DNA from: Gammaproteobacteria bacterium
GTDB lineage: Bacteria; Pseudomonadota; Gammaproteobacteria; Eutrophobiales; Eutrophobiaceae
Length of the DNA: 64,000 nt
Direction: 5' to 3'
Assembly (NCBI GenBank): GCA_965243205.1
Contig: CBDEUK010000002.1
Location: forward strand, 352,001 to 416,000
Below the pieces are notes generated by a model. That model was not told where the DNA came from and ran no database searches. It saw only the letters and a list, made by a program, of their open reading frames with translations. Both the position numbers and the translations under genes were made by a program. Below are positions 36,138-45,884 of this stretch, piece after piece. Every line of letters begins with the position of its first letter. The first letter of the stretch is position 1.

Positions 36138-36638
36138 ATGTTGAATATTCTAAATTTTAATCGGGTGCTATTTTTTGTATTCATAGGACTCTCTCCTAAC
36201 CTATTTGCGGAGTGTTTTTCTGACTATAAGCAACTTTTAAACGCCTTGAATTCTTCTGAGCAGGCCATAACCCCTATTACCAAAGATTTTTTTATCGAAG
36301 AGCAGTTTTTGGATGAATTTGGCAATATTAAAGACAGAAACCGCTTGGATGAAATCCCTGAAAAATATTCTTACGATGGTCGTTTGTACCCAACGATTAG
36401 CCAACAGCAAAGCAATAATATTGAAATGAAAAACCGATTATCGGTAGCAATCGATATTCGCAATGTATCGGAAAAAGTCGGCGATGATTATAGAAGTAAC
36501 TACTGGTTTTGGCAGGAAAAAGGCTGTTGGTATTTAAAGCAGAAAACGGTTCATTTGAAATATGTGGAGCCGGAAAAAACCGAAGAGGAAGGTCAGCCAG
36601 AGAGCGTTGGAGAAGAAGCTAAAACTAAGGAAAGTTAA
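36138..36638 (+). CDS. Hypothetical secreted protein
   Basis: Signal-peptide-like start at 36138 (ORF-track start 36009 overlaps the tRNA promoter); C-terminal YWFWQEKGCWYL. Confidence 0.65.
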   Translation: MLNILNFNRVLFFVFIGLSPNLFAECFSDYKQLLNALNSSEQAITPITKDFFIEEQFLDEFGNIKDRNRLDEIPEKYSYDGRLYPTISQQQSNNIEMKNRLSVAIDIRNVSEKVGDDYRSNYWFWQEKGCWYLKQKTVHLKYVEPEKTEEEGQPESVGEEAKTKES

Positions 36639-36643
36639 TTTAA

Positions 36644-36717
36644 TGGAGGCTGAGCCCGGAATCGAACCGAGGTCCAAGGCTTTGCAGGCCTCTGCATAAC
36701 CACTCTGCCACTCAGCC
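36644..36717 (-). tRNA. cysT: tRNA-Cys(GCA)
   Basis: ggctgagtggcagagtgg...ctgcaaa...gttcgattcc...ctcca. Confidence 0.97.
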
Positions 36718-36733
36718 ATATATTGAGTCTATG

Positions 36734-36762
36734 AAATAAAAAACCCCGTTAATGGGGTTTAT
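36734..36762 (-). terminator. Intrinsic terminator downstream of maeB
   Basis: aaaacccc-attaac-ggggtttt followed by T run on minus strand. Confidence 0.7.
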
Positions 36763-36854
36763 TGCATGTGGTGCAAGGCGCGTAGTGTACATGATTTTTT
36801 TATTGGATTGTAATAGAAAATTGAAATATTTTTTCTATTCTAATGTACTAATTT

Positions 36855-39140
36855 TTATACATTTTTCCCTTCAATTGCATCTGCTGCAGCCAAGGCTGTC
36901 ATATTAATAATGCCCCGAACCGATACGGATGGCGTGATAATGTGAACGGCTTTTTTAGCGCCAAGCAACATTGGGCCGATGTCCACAGCATCGCCTAGTT
37001 CCCTGACAATTCCATGTGCAATATTGGCTGCATCAAGCGAAGGCATAATAAATAAATTGGCTGAACCTTCGAATGCCATATTAGGAAATGTAAATTTGCG
37101 AGTTGCAGAATTAATGGCTAATGAGGATTGCATTTCTCCTTCGACTAATAATTCTGGTTCGATTTCTTTAATTAGATTCAAAGTTTGACGCATACGTTCA
37201 GAAGAGTCGCTATTTGATTTCCCAAAATTGGAATGAGATAACAGAGCAACTTTAGGTGTAATACCAAATCGTTCAGCAGCTTTTGCACTCATGATTGCGG
37301 TTTCTGCAAGATGCTCAGCAGTTGGGTATTGAGTGACCTGGGTGTCGGTAAAAAATATTGGCCCTTTACGATGAAGTAATAGATTAACTGTTGAGTAATC
37401 AGTAATACCATCGATCATACCAATGATATCTCGAATGTTTTCTAAATGATCTTCAAAGTGTCCATAAATCCCGCATATCATGCCGTCGACATATCCATTT
37501 TGTAGCATTAAAGAAGCGAGTATTGTTCTATCGCCTTTGAGAACGGATCGAGCTTCTGATGGTGTGACGCCTTTGCGTTCCATCAATTGATGATACTGCA
37601 AACTGTATTCATCAAATTGTTCAAATTCACTTGGATCGATAATGTCGAAATCTTTGCCAAGTGTTAAACGCATGGCGTGATCTTTCATTTCTTCAAGTAT
37701 GGTTTCTTTGCGACCTAATAAAATAGGATACGCAATATGTTCATCACAAATAATTTGTACAGCTCGATGAATACGCAATGATTCACCTTCAGCAAAAACA
37801 ATGCGTTGTAAGTTATGTTGTGCTAATTCAAACACAGGACGCATAATGGTGTGTGTTTTTATAGCAAACGATTGTAGTTTACTTTTGTAATCGCGAATGG
37901 ATTGTATCGGTCGAGTCGCAACACCTGTTTCCATAGCAGCTATCGCTACTTTTTCTGGGATTACATTTAATAATCGTGGATCAAATGGTTTTGGAATTAA
38001 ATATTCTCTACCAAACTTTAATGATTCGCCAGCATATGCATTTGCAACTGTTTCATCAGTTTCTGCCATAGCTAAATCAGCTATTGCTTCAACACAGGCT
38101 ATCTTCATCGCTTCATTGATCGTTGTAGCGCCAACATCGAGTGCGCCACGAAATAAAAAAGGAAAACATAAAACATTATTTACTTGGTTTGCATAATCCG
38201 AACGTCCAGTCGCCATAATGACATCGGAACGAGCTTCTTTAGCGACTTCAGGCAAGATCTCAGGCGTAGGATTCGCTAAAGCCAGTATTAAAGGATCACT
38301 CGCCATTTGTTTAACGTCTTCAGCTTTTAATACATTCGGTGCGGATAAACCTAAAAACACATCAGCTTCTTTTATGACGTCGCTAAGTTTTCTTGCATCT
38401 GTCTTTTGTGCGTATCGGTTTTTATAAGGGTCCATTTCTTCTACCCTACCCTCATACACTACACCTGCGATATCACATACGGTTACATTATTTTTGTTTA
38501 ACCCCATGCTAACTAATAAATCTAAACATGCTAAAGCTGCTGCACCAGCACCAGAACACACTAACTTAATGTCTTGTATATTTTTATTCGCAAGTCGTAA
38601 TCCATTTTTTACTGCAGCAGCAACACAAATTGCAGTGCCATGTTGATCATCATGGAACACAGGTATGTCGAGCTGTTCTTTTAAAGCCTTTTCAATAATA
38701 AAACACTCAGGTGCTTTGATATCTTCTAAGTTAATACCACCAAACGTAGGTGCTAATGCTTTTACAATCTCGATAAATTTTTCTGGATCACGTTCTTCTA
38801 TCTCTAAATCAAAAACATCAATACCCGAGAAGTTTTTAAATAAAACAGCTTTCCCTTCCATGACTGGTTTAGAAGCAAGAGCACCAATAGAGCCTAAGCC
38901 CAATACGGCAGTGCCATTAGTAATGACCGCAACTAAATTGCTTCTCGCTGTGTAATCAAAAGATGTTAGAGGATCCTCTTTAATCGCTTCGCATGGAGCG
39001 GCAACGCCAGGTGAATATGCCAAGGCTAGGTCATGGCTGGATACCATTTTTTTCGTTGCCGTTATTGCCAGTTTCCCTCGAGGCTCGGCTCGATGATATT
39101 CAAGAGCTTCTTGTTTTAGCTGTTTATCCATTATTATCAA
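36855..39140 (-). CDS. maeB: NADP-dependent malic enzyme with PTA-like domain
   Basis: LAYSPGVA, KPVMEGK, FHDDQHGTA, GAGAA, NQVNNVL; C-terminal IVFAEGE. Confidence 0.95.
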   Translation of the reverse strand: MIIMDKQLKQEALEYHRAEPRGKLAITATKKMVSSHDLALAYSPGVAAPCEAIKEDPLTSFDYTARSNLVAVITNGTAVLGLGSIGALASKPVMEGKAVLFKNFSGIDVFDLEIEERDPEKFIEIVKALAPTFGGINLEDIKAPECFIIEKALKEQLDIPVFHDDQHGTAICVAAAVKNGLRLANKNIQDIKLVCSGAGAAALACLDLLVSMGLNKNNVTVCDIAGVVYEGRVEEMDPYKNRYAQKTDARKLSDVIKEADVFLGLSAPNVLKAEDVKQMASDPLILALANPTPEILPEVAKEARSDVIMATGRSDYANQVNNVLCFPFLFRGALDVGATTINEAMKIACVEAIADLAMAETDETVANAYAGESLKFGREYLIPKPFDPRLLNVIPEKVAIAAMETGVATRPIQSIRDYKSKLQSFAIKTHTIMRPVFELAQHNLQRIVFAEGESLRIHRAVQIICDEHIAYPILLGRKETILEEMKDHAMRLTLGKDFDIIDPSEFEQFDEYSLQYHQLMERKGVTPSEARSVLKGDRTILASLMLQNGYVDGMICGIYGHFEDHLENIRDIIGMIDGITDYSTVNLLLHRKGPIFFTDTQVTQYPTAEHLAETAIMSAKAAERFGITPKVALLSHSNFGKSNSDSSERMRQTLNLIKEIEPELLVEGEMQSSLAINSATRKFTFPNMAFEGSANLFIMPSLDAANIAHGIVRELGDAVDIGPMLLGAKKAVHIITPSVSVRGIINMTALAAADAIEGKNV

Positions 39141-39260
39141 CTCTTTATGGGATTAATTTTTTGAATGTTAAGAATAATATAGCGGTAATTTAATGGATTA
39201 ATTGAATAGTTTTTGGATATTTAAGATTTAAATGACAGAAATATTGCAGAAAAAAGGCCT

Positions 39261-40664
39261 GTGAGGCAGTTCACAGACCTTAATTTCAGATTGAGTATAC
39301 TGAAATTATCGTATCTACAAGGAGTCTATAAAAAGATGAACTCCAATATTATGTCGGATCCACTAGCTCGATTCGCAATTCAAAATTTAGTATTTTTACT
39401 ATTGGCCGCCATGACATCCTTATCTGCGGAAGCAGCGCCAATTGATATTACTCGTATAGCGAACAATCTTAATCGGCCAGTTTACCTAACGTCAGCCCCG
39501 GGAGAGTCGGATCGTTTATTTATCGTAGAATCTCATGTCGGCGCTGTCCAAATCTTAAAAAAACAGATTGATGGTAGTTGGCTTAAAAATTCACAAGCTT
39601 TTTTGTTATTAAGCAATAGTGGAATCAGTGTTAGTACCGCTAACGAACAGGGTTTGTTAGGTATGGCATTTCATCCAGATTACCAATCGAATGGTAAGTT
39701 TTATGTGAGTTATACTGCAAATGGTCGATCTCATATTGCTGAATTTCTTGTTTCGTCAAACCCCGATTTAGCAAATGCTTCATCATTTAAACCGATACTT
39801 TCTTTTAATCGCACAGCTTCAAATCATAATGGTGGTTGGATCGGTTTTGGTCCAGATCGTTATCTGTATATTCCAACAGGTGATAGTGGTGGAGGTAATG
39901 ACCCATCAAATTCAGCACAAAATTTACAAGACCTTAGAGGTAAGATATTAAGAATTGATGTAAACGCAGATGATTTTCCAAGTGATTCAACACAAAACTA
40001 TTCCATTCCAAACACGAACCCATTTATTAATGATTCAAGTGTGAACAATGCAATATGGGCCTATGGATTACGCAATCCTTGGCGTAATAGTTTTGATAGG
40101 CAAACAGGTGATTTATACATTGCAGATGTTGGGCAAAATGCTTTAGAAGAAATTAATTTACAATCGGCTCTAAGCACAGGTGGAGAAAATTACGGTTGGG
40201 ATTTTAAAGAAGGTACTTCTATATTAAATACTCCTCCAATTGGTTTTAATCCAATTGATCCTATTCATGAGTACCCTCATAACTTTCAAACAGGCGGAGT
40301 ATCAATTACTGGTGGCTATATTTATCGAACAGATAATGATAATTCTGTTCTACAAGGTAAATATTTATTTGCAGATTTTATAAGCAATAAAGTTTGGGCA
40401 TTATCATTTGCTCAAACTGGCGCAAAAATACTAGAAGAAATAACCAATGATTTAACTCCAGACATCGGAAGTATTAATGGTATATCATCATTTGGAGAAG
40501 ATGCGAATGGTAATATCTATATCGTTGAATTAAGCGGTGAAATTTACTCCATTAATTCAGTGCCAATTATCCAAGAAATATCTGTGCCGTTGCCAGTGGG
40601 GTCATACCTTATTCTTTTCTCTTTAATCGGTGTGATTGGTAGTCGGTTTAATTACAGTTCTTAA
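39261..40664 (+). CDS. PQQ-dependent glucose/sorbosone dehydrogenase family protein with C-terminal sorting-like motif (true start probably 39336-39351)
   Basis: EQGLLGMAFHP, NHNGG, GKILRIDV, YGLRNPWR, ADVGQ; C-terminal SVPLPVGSYLILFSLIG. Confidence 0.85.
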   Translation: MRQFTDLNFRLSILKLSYLQGVYKKMNSNIMSDPLARFAIQNLVFLLLAAMTSLSAEAAPIDITRIANNLNRPVYLTSAPGESDRLFIVESHVGAVQILKKQIDGSWLKNSQAFLLLSNSGISVSTANEQGLLGMAFHPDYQSNGKFYVSYTANGRSHIAEFLVSSNPDLANASSFKPILSFNRTASNHNGGWIGFGPDRYLYIPTGDSGGGNDPSNSAQNLQDLRGKILRIDVNADDFPSDSTQNYSIPNTNPFINDSSVNNAIWAYGLRNPWRNSFDRQTGDLYIADVGQNALEEINLQSALSTGGENYGWDFKEGTSILNTPPIGFNPIDPIHEYPHNFQTGGVSITGGYIYRTDNDNSVLQGKYLFADFISNKVWALSFAQTGAKILEEITNDLTPDIGSINGISSFGEDANGNIYIVELSGEIYSINSVPIIQEISVPLPVGSYLILFSLIGVIGSRFNYSS

Positions 40665-40734
40665 GTTTTCGCTCTAATATTACTCTAAATCAGTTTATAA
40701 TTAACGGTTTAAACATTATTAAGCCGTTAACTAT

Positions 40735-41988
40735 ATGTCTGAGCATTTTATTCCTTGTAATCGTTCTAAATTAATTCAACTTTGTACTGCCCAGCTAGAA
40801 CAAAAAAACTTAGAACACAAATCGTTTTATGAGCTTTGCCAAATTTTATTGGCGTACTTGCATCATACAGAACAATCTAATTTAGAAGATTTGAAAAATT
40901 CTTATTCGGTCTTTGATCCAGATCTCGAAACAGAACCTCAATCACTCATTAATCATGAAAAAGTGATAGATGTTATTAGTGGTACATTGAAAAAAGCGAA
41001 TTATAAAGAACTATCTAAACAATCTGTGCATGATTCATTGAACGGCTCATCGCTTATCCCAGTACAAACTGCTGTCGATTTTAACGAATATGATGACTAC
41101 CGATTTTTCTATCGTGATAAAACACAAAAAACATTAACCCTAAAGAAATGGTTTTCAAATAAAACAATAGAATTTATGAACTATGGTCGCATGGTCGTTT
41201 TGTTGAAAACTAACTCAAATATTGAATCGACAAAAGATAAAAAAGAAATATTTAAGGCTGATCGCTTGTATTTATATTTGTATAAAAATATTCCCCACGA
41301 TGATTTAGAAATGTTGTTTCCTAATTTAAAAGTGAGCATGACATTAAAAGATCGATTGTTTCTCATTGTTCCTGCTTTAGGTGCAGCAATACCGTTAATA
41401 TTAAAAGTGTTGCCTAGCTTAGCATTACTAATTGGAGCAATTATGTTTTTTTCATTTGGTTCGGATCTTGGAACAGGATTCCATTTTGATGAACAAAGTA
41501 ATGCTTCTATATACGCAGTATTAACCGCTGTTCTATCAGTTGGTTTAGCTCTAGGAGGATTCGCGGCACAACAATATGTAAAGTACAAAAGTAAACGACT
41601 AAGTTTTTTAAAACAAGTCGCCGATACATTGTTTTTTAAATGCTTGGATACAGGTTCTGGTGTGATTCATAAAGTTGTGGATGAAGCAGAAGAAGAACTC
41701 TGCAAAGAAATGGTGCTTGTAATATTTATCTTAACTCAAAACAAACAAGGTTTAACCGAAAAAGAAATCGATAATAAGATTGAAGAATGGTTAGAAAATA
41801 ATCTAAATATGAAAATGGATTTTCATGTAAAAAAAGCTTTAGATTCTCTTCAGAAAATAAATTCTATGGATGAAAATAATTCAATGATCTATCAAGCCAA
41901 AAATGGTGTTTATCAAATAAAATCATTGGATGACTGCAAAATTATCTTAGATCAAATTTGGGATAATCTATTTCAATATAATAATTAA
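40735..41988 (+). CDS. DUF3754/TMEM143 family membrane protein
   Basis: EHFIP, LK..Y..FDPD, YKNIP..DLEMLFPN..V.M, AEEE.CKE. Confidence 0.8.
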   Translation: MSEHFIPCNRSKLIQLCTAQLEQKNLEHKSFYELCQILLAYLHHTEQSNLEDLKNSYSVFDPDLETEPQSLINHEKVIDVISGTLKKANYKELSKQSVHDSLNGSSLIPVQTAVDFNEYDDYRFFYRDKTQKTLTLKKWFSNKTIEFMNYGRMVVLLKTNSNIESTKDKKEIFKADRLYLYLYKNIPHDDLEMLFPNLKVSMTLKDRLFLIVPALGAAIPLILKVLPSLALLIGAIMFFSFGSDLGTGFHFDEQSNASIYAVLTAVLSVGLALGGFAAQQYVKYKSKRLSFLKQVADTLFFKCLDTGSGVIHKVVDEAEEELCKEMVLVIFILTQNKQGLTEKEIDNKIEEWLENNLNMKMDFHVKKALDSLQKINSMDENNSMIYQAKNGVYQIKSLDDCKIILDQIWDNLFQYNN

Positions 41989-42050
41989 TATACTTGCCAT
42001 AAATAAAGGAAGAATATAAAAGATTTCGTAATTAATCGTTACAAAAAATT

Positions 42051-42126
42051 TGGAGCGGGAAACGAGATTCGAACTCGCGACCCCAACCTTGGCAAGGTTG
42101 TGCTCTACCAGCTGAGCTATTCCCGC
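42051..42126 (-). tRNA. glyW: tRNA-Gly(GCC)
   Basis: gcgggaatagctcagctggtagagcacaaccttgccaaggttgg...gttcgaatc...ctcca. Confidence 0.97.
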
Positions 42127-42167
42127 GTTTGAAGGCAATTTTCAGCCTAGAACTGAAAAGAACGGCT

Positions 42168-42195
42168 ATTGTAGCGGCGAGTTTGCGACTGTCAA
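42168..42195 (-). promoter_or_regulatory. sigma70 promoter for tRNA-Gly
   Basis: TTGACA-N16-TACAAT. Confidence 0.75.
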
Positions 42196-42200
42196 CCTCT

Positions 42201-42752
42201 CTATTCTTTTAATTTCGGCCATGCCGAAACCCAGTATTGCCACATCGAAATCAATGTAAGAATTGTTGCTATATATAAGGCAATAAAGGCAATTTTCAGG
42301 ATTGGAATTCCAAAAACTGGCTCATGAATAATAAATAGAATAAGCGCGATCATTTGTGCAACGGTTTTTATTTTGCCATAGATTGATACGGCGACCTTGC
42401 TTCTTGCCCCTAATTCGGCCATCCACTCTCGAAGGGCGGATACAGTAATTTCCCGGCCTATAATCACTGCCGCAGGTAGGGATAGCCAGATACTTGGATA
42501 TCGCTCGACTAATAACACAAGAACAACTGCTATCATTAATTTATCCGCTACAGGATCTAAAAACGCGCCTAATTTTGAGGTCTGTTCCAGTTTTCTGGCT
42601 AAATAGCCATCTAACCAATCAGTAATTGCTGCAATGATGAATATTCCACAAGCTACCCAGTTCGCCCAAGTAACTGGCAGATAAAATATCACTACAAATA
42701 CTGGGATAAGTGCGATTCTAAATAGCGTTAATGAATTGGGAATATTAATCAT
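42201..42752 (-). CDS. pgsA: CDP-diacylglycerol--glycerol-3-phosphate 3-phosphatidyltransferase
   Basis: NIPNSLT.FRI, TDWLDGYLAR, GAFLDPVADK; uvrC-pgsA-tRNA-Gly synteny. Confidence 0.95.
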   Translation of the reverse strand: MINIPNSLTLFRIALIPVFVVIFYLPVTWANWVACGIFIIAAITDWLDGYLARKLEQTSKLGAFLDPVADKLMIAVVLVLLVERYPSIWLSLPAAVIIGREITVSALREWMAELGARSKVAVSIYGKIKTVAQMIALILFIIHEPVFGIPILKIAFIALYIATILTLISMWQYWVSAWPKLKE

Positions 42753-44580
42753 GCAATGTATCGTATATTTTTTGAGCAAGTTGTTTATTAATGCCTGGCA
42801 CTAACGCTAAATCATCAACGCCAGCCTTTACAATTCCCTGAAATCCACCGAAATACTTTATGAGTTCTTGTTTGCGTTTTGCACCTACACCACTAATTTC
42901 ATCCAACGGAGAACTGGTTGCTTTTTTCTTTCGTTGTAAACGATGACCAGTAATTGCAAATCGATGTGCTTCATCGCGAATTTGCTGAATCAAATGCAAA
43001 GCTGGTGAGCCAGCTGGTAGTTGTACTGTAACACGATCATGCGTAATGATTAATTTTTCTTGGCCAGCCTTACGATCAGGGCCTTTGGAAACACCAATGA
43101 TAGGAATATGTTCCAACTGTAATTCACGCAACACAGTTAATGCTCTACCCGTTTGTCCTTTGCCGCCATCGATTAAAATTAAATCAGGCATTACCGCTTC
43201 TTCCTTTTGCAAACGACTATATCGACGAGTTAATACTTGTTCCATTGCCGCATAATCATCTCCTGCTTGAATGTTTTTGATATTAAATTTTCGATAGTCA
43301 CTGTTTAACATTCCATTGTTACCATACACCACACATGAACCAACAGTTTCGCTTCCTTGATGATGACTGATATCAAAACATTCTATACGTTCGATTGGAT
43401 CGTCAAATTTAAAAGCCTCTTGTAATGCTTCTAAGCGTTTAACCTGATTTTCTTGGCTGTTTAATTTTGCATTTAATGCCAACTTTGTATTTTGAATGGC
43501 TAAGTTGAGCCATTTCAGTTTCTCACCGCGTTGTTGCTGCTTAATGTCAACTTTACGATTATTTTGTTGAGTTAATACTTCGCTTAATATTGAATGATCA
43601 TCTGGCAAATGACTGACAATAACTTCTTTAGGGACTTGTTTATTAGCTTGCCGTTCTAAGTAATATTGCGCTAAAAACGCACTAAGCACATCTTGTTCTG
43701 TTGAGTTCTTTGTATGTTTTGGAAAAAATGTTTTATTACCTAAATTTAAATTAGAACGTAAAAAATAAATCTGTACACAAGCAACAGAGTCTTTTATTTG
43801 ACAAGCGATCACGTCAACATCTTCTTTGATTTTGCTGCTGACTTGTTGATCTTGTAAAGCTCTTAAACTACTGATTTGATCACGGAAATGCGCAGCTCGT
43901 TCAAAATCTAATCTATCCGATGCTTCTTGCATAGGTGTATAAAGCGATTCGATAATTTTTTCACTATTACCTTCTAAAAACATCACAGCGTTATTAATGT
44001 CGTTTCGATAATCTTCTTCACTGATTAAGTCTACACATGGCGCAGTGCAACGCTTAATTTGATATTGAAGACAAGGTCTGGTGCGATTACTAAAAACACT
44101 ATCTTCACAAGAACGAATTAGAAATATTTTTTGGATTAGATTGAGAGTTCTTCTAACGGCAGTGGAATTTGGGAATGGCCCAAAGTATTTACCCTTACCT
44201 TTTTGCGCGCCTCTATGAAAATGTAAACGTGGAAATTTTTTATCGCTAGATAAATAAATATAAGGATAGGTTTTGTCATCTCGAAGCAGGATATTGTATC
44301 TAGGTTTGTATTCTTTAATTAAATTATTTTCAAGTATTAGTGCTTCTGCTTCGTTACGAGTAATAGTAATTTCAACATTTGCCGTTTGCTTCATTAATAC
44401 TTGTGTTTTGACAGATTGAGAATTAATCGAATTAAAATATGAGCTCACTCTATTATGTAAATTATTCGCTTTGCCGACATACAGGATAGTTCCTGATTCA
44501 TCGAGCATGCGATAAACACCTGGTTTGGTGGTTAAGTTTTGTAAAAACTCTTTGGGATCTTTAAATTCGTTTAGATTCAT
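42745..44580 (-). CDS. uvrC: Excinuclease ABC subunit C
   Basis: PGVY..YVGKA GIY-YIG, IECFDISH, IDGGKGQ, RDEAHRFA, HhH. Confidence 0.97.
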   Translation of the reverse strand: MNLNEFKDPKEFLQNLTTKPGVYRMLDESGTILYVGKANNLHNRVSSYFNSINSQSVKTQVLMKQTANVEITITRNEAEALILENNLIKEYKPRYNILLRDDKTYPYIYLSSDKKFPRLHFHRGAQKGKGKYFGPFPNSTAVRRTLNLIQKIFLIRSCEDSVFSNRTRPCLQYQIKRCTAPCVDLISEEDYRNDINNAVMFLEGNSEKIIESLYTPMQEASDRLDFERAAHFRDQISSLRALQDQQVSSKIKEDVDVIACQIKDSVACVQIYFLRSNLNLGNKTFFPKHTKNSTEQDVLSAFLAQYYLERQANKQVPKEVIVSHLPDDHSILSEVLTQQNNRKVDIKQQQRGEKLKWLNLAIQNTKLALNAKLNSQENQVKRLEALQEAFKFDDPIERIECFDISHHQGSETVGSCVVYGNNGMLNSDYRKFNIKNIQAGDDYAAMEQVLTRRYSRLQKEEAVMPDLILIDGGKGQTGRALTVLRELQLEHIPIIGVSKGPDRKAGQEKLIITHDRVTVQLPAGSPALHLIQQIRDEAHRFAITGHRLQRKKKATSSPLDEISGVGAKRKQELIKYFGGFQGIVKAGVDDLALVPGINKQLAQKIYDTLHD

Positions 44581-44647
44581 AATTTGATAGGGTAATTATT
44601 TGATTACTCTATCAAAGATTTACACGGTTGGCAGTAGAGATAATTAC

Positions 44648-44676
44648 AAAAAAAGCCGAAACGAAATGTTTCGGCT
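44648..44676 (-). terminator. Intrinsic terminator
   Basis: agccgaaac-atttc-gtttcggct + T run on minus strand. Confidence 0.75.
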
Positions 44677-44710
44677 AATGATGTATTTAGAAGGAAAACT
44701 TAATAAATGA

Positions 44711-45043
44711 TTATTTAATATGATTCATTTTCATACGACGTGGAGTTGCTACAAATTTATCTTCTTTTTGAGTTTCAAATTGTGCCAAATCTACAACTCT
44801 AACGGTTTCAGTGTTACGCGTATAAGGTGGCTTGCCACGGAAATCTACGTTATTCACAACGATTTCTTTTTGGGTTTCAAATTGCGCTAAATCAACGTTT
44901 CTAACAGAATCCTTACTGCGTTGATAAGGTGGTTTGCCAGAAAAATCAGTGGTCCAAACAGTCGTTGTTTGATCTTCCGCACTTACATTAGCGAATAAGC
45001 TCATACCTAAACTGACCATTAATAATTGTGAAAAACGTTTCAT
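44711..45043 (-). CDS. Small secreted protein with two DFxGKPPYxR...VDLAQFETQKE repeats
   Basis: SD AGGAG before ATG 45043; signal peptide; two 34-aa repeats. Confidence 0.75.
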   Translation of the reverse strand: MKRFSQLLMVSLGMSLFANVSAEDQTTTVWTTDFSGKPPYQRSKDSVRNVDLAQFETQKEIVVNNVDFRGKPPYTRNTETVRVVDLAQFETQKEDKFVATPRRMKMNHIK

Positions 45044-45305
45044 TTCGTTATCTCCTATTGGATGTTTGTGGGATTTCAATATTTTCATTGATAGTAATTT
45101 TAATTTTAATAACGCGCGCTAATGACATAATTTCAGAAAATATGTGATAAAAAATATCTATCACCTATTGTAAAAAATTACGTATTTTTAATGTACAAAA
45201 TGCATTGCTTTGGTGCGTTTTTTAAGCTCGATGTTAGAAATGCACTATATATGTGCAATACGCTTTTATTATGTTTTGTATCTTATTGATTTTATTAGAT
45301 AAAAA

Positions 45306-45884
45306 TTGGTAGGTATTGGTCTGTTTCGTGCCATTTATAGTTTAAATAAATTGGCAGACTGTTTTATGAAAATATTTCAAAATCTAAGATTACATCGGCT
45401 TAATCTATTACTGATAATTTTTAGCCTGTGTACGATAGTTCAGGCAGAAGAAGTAACGAAAAATATAATCGAGCTTCACCCATCTTCAAGTGGTACATAC
45501 ACTATCTCAGGTCAAATGGCTCCTGCAGTAAAAAGTGAATTTCTACTCGATACTGGAGCGACTATGGTGATGATTAGTAACAAGCTGTTTAAAGAGATCA
45601 GTAAACATCAGAAAACTACATCAACTGGCAAAGTTGCTGCCAGCATGGCAAATGGAAAAGTAAAAACCATTCCTACTTACTCTATACCTTCTTTAGTATT
45701 AGGCAATGGTTGTGAAGTTGGCCCAGTTGAAGTCGCTGTTGTTAGAGGCGCAAGCAGAAATTTAATTGGATTAAATGCTTTATCTAAATTAGGCGCTATG
45801 ACATTGGACATTCAACATGCCACATTATCAACAACAGAATGTCCCAAAACATTATTAACGGCTCAAAGTGTTGTAGTAAATTAG
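45306..45884 (+). CDS. Secreted retropepsin-like aspartic protease (start probably about 45366)
   Basis: FLLDTGATMV, ANG, LIGLNAL. Confidence 0.85.
   Translation: MVGIGLFRAIYSLNKLADCFMKIFQNLRLHRLNLLLIIFSLCTIVQAEEVTKNIIELHPSSSGTYTISGQMAPAVKSEFLLDTGATMVMISNKLFKEISKHQKTTSTGKVAASMANGKVKTIPTYSIPSLVLGNGCEVGPVEVAVVRGASRNLIGLNALSKLGAMTLDIQHATLSTTECPKTLLTAQSVVVN

Noticed and set aside
36534-36719. 61-aa ORF
   Set aside because: Translation of tRNA-Cys and antisense of the neighbouring gene
40701-40730. 12-bp inverted repeat just before the DUF3754 start
   Set aside because: Could be a terminator or operator, but no T tract or regulator supports a call
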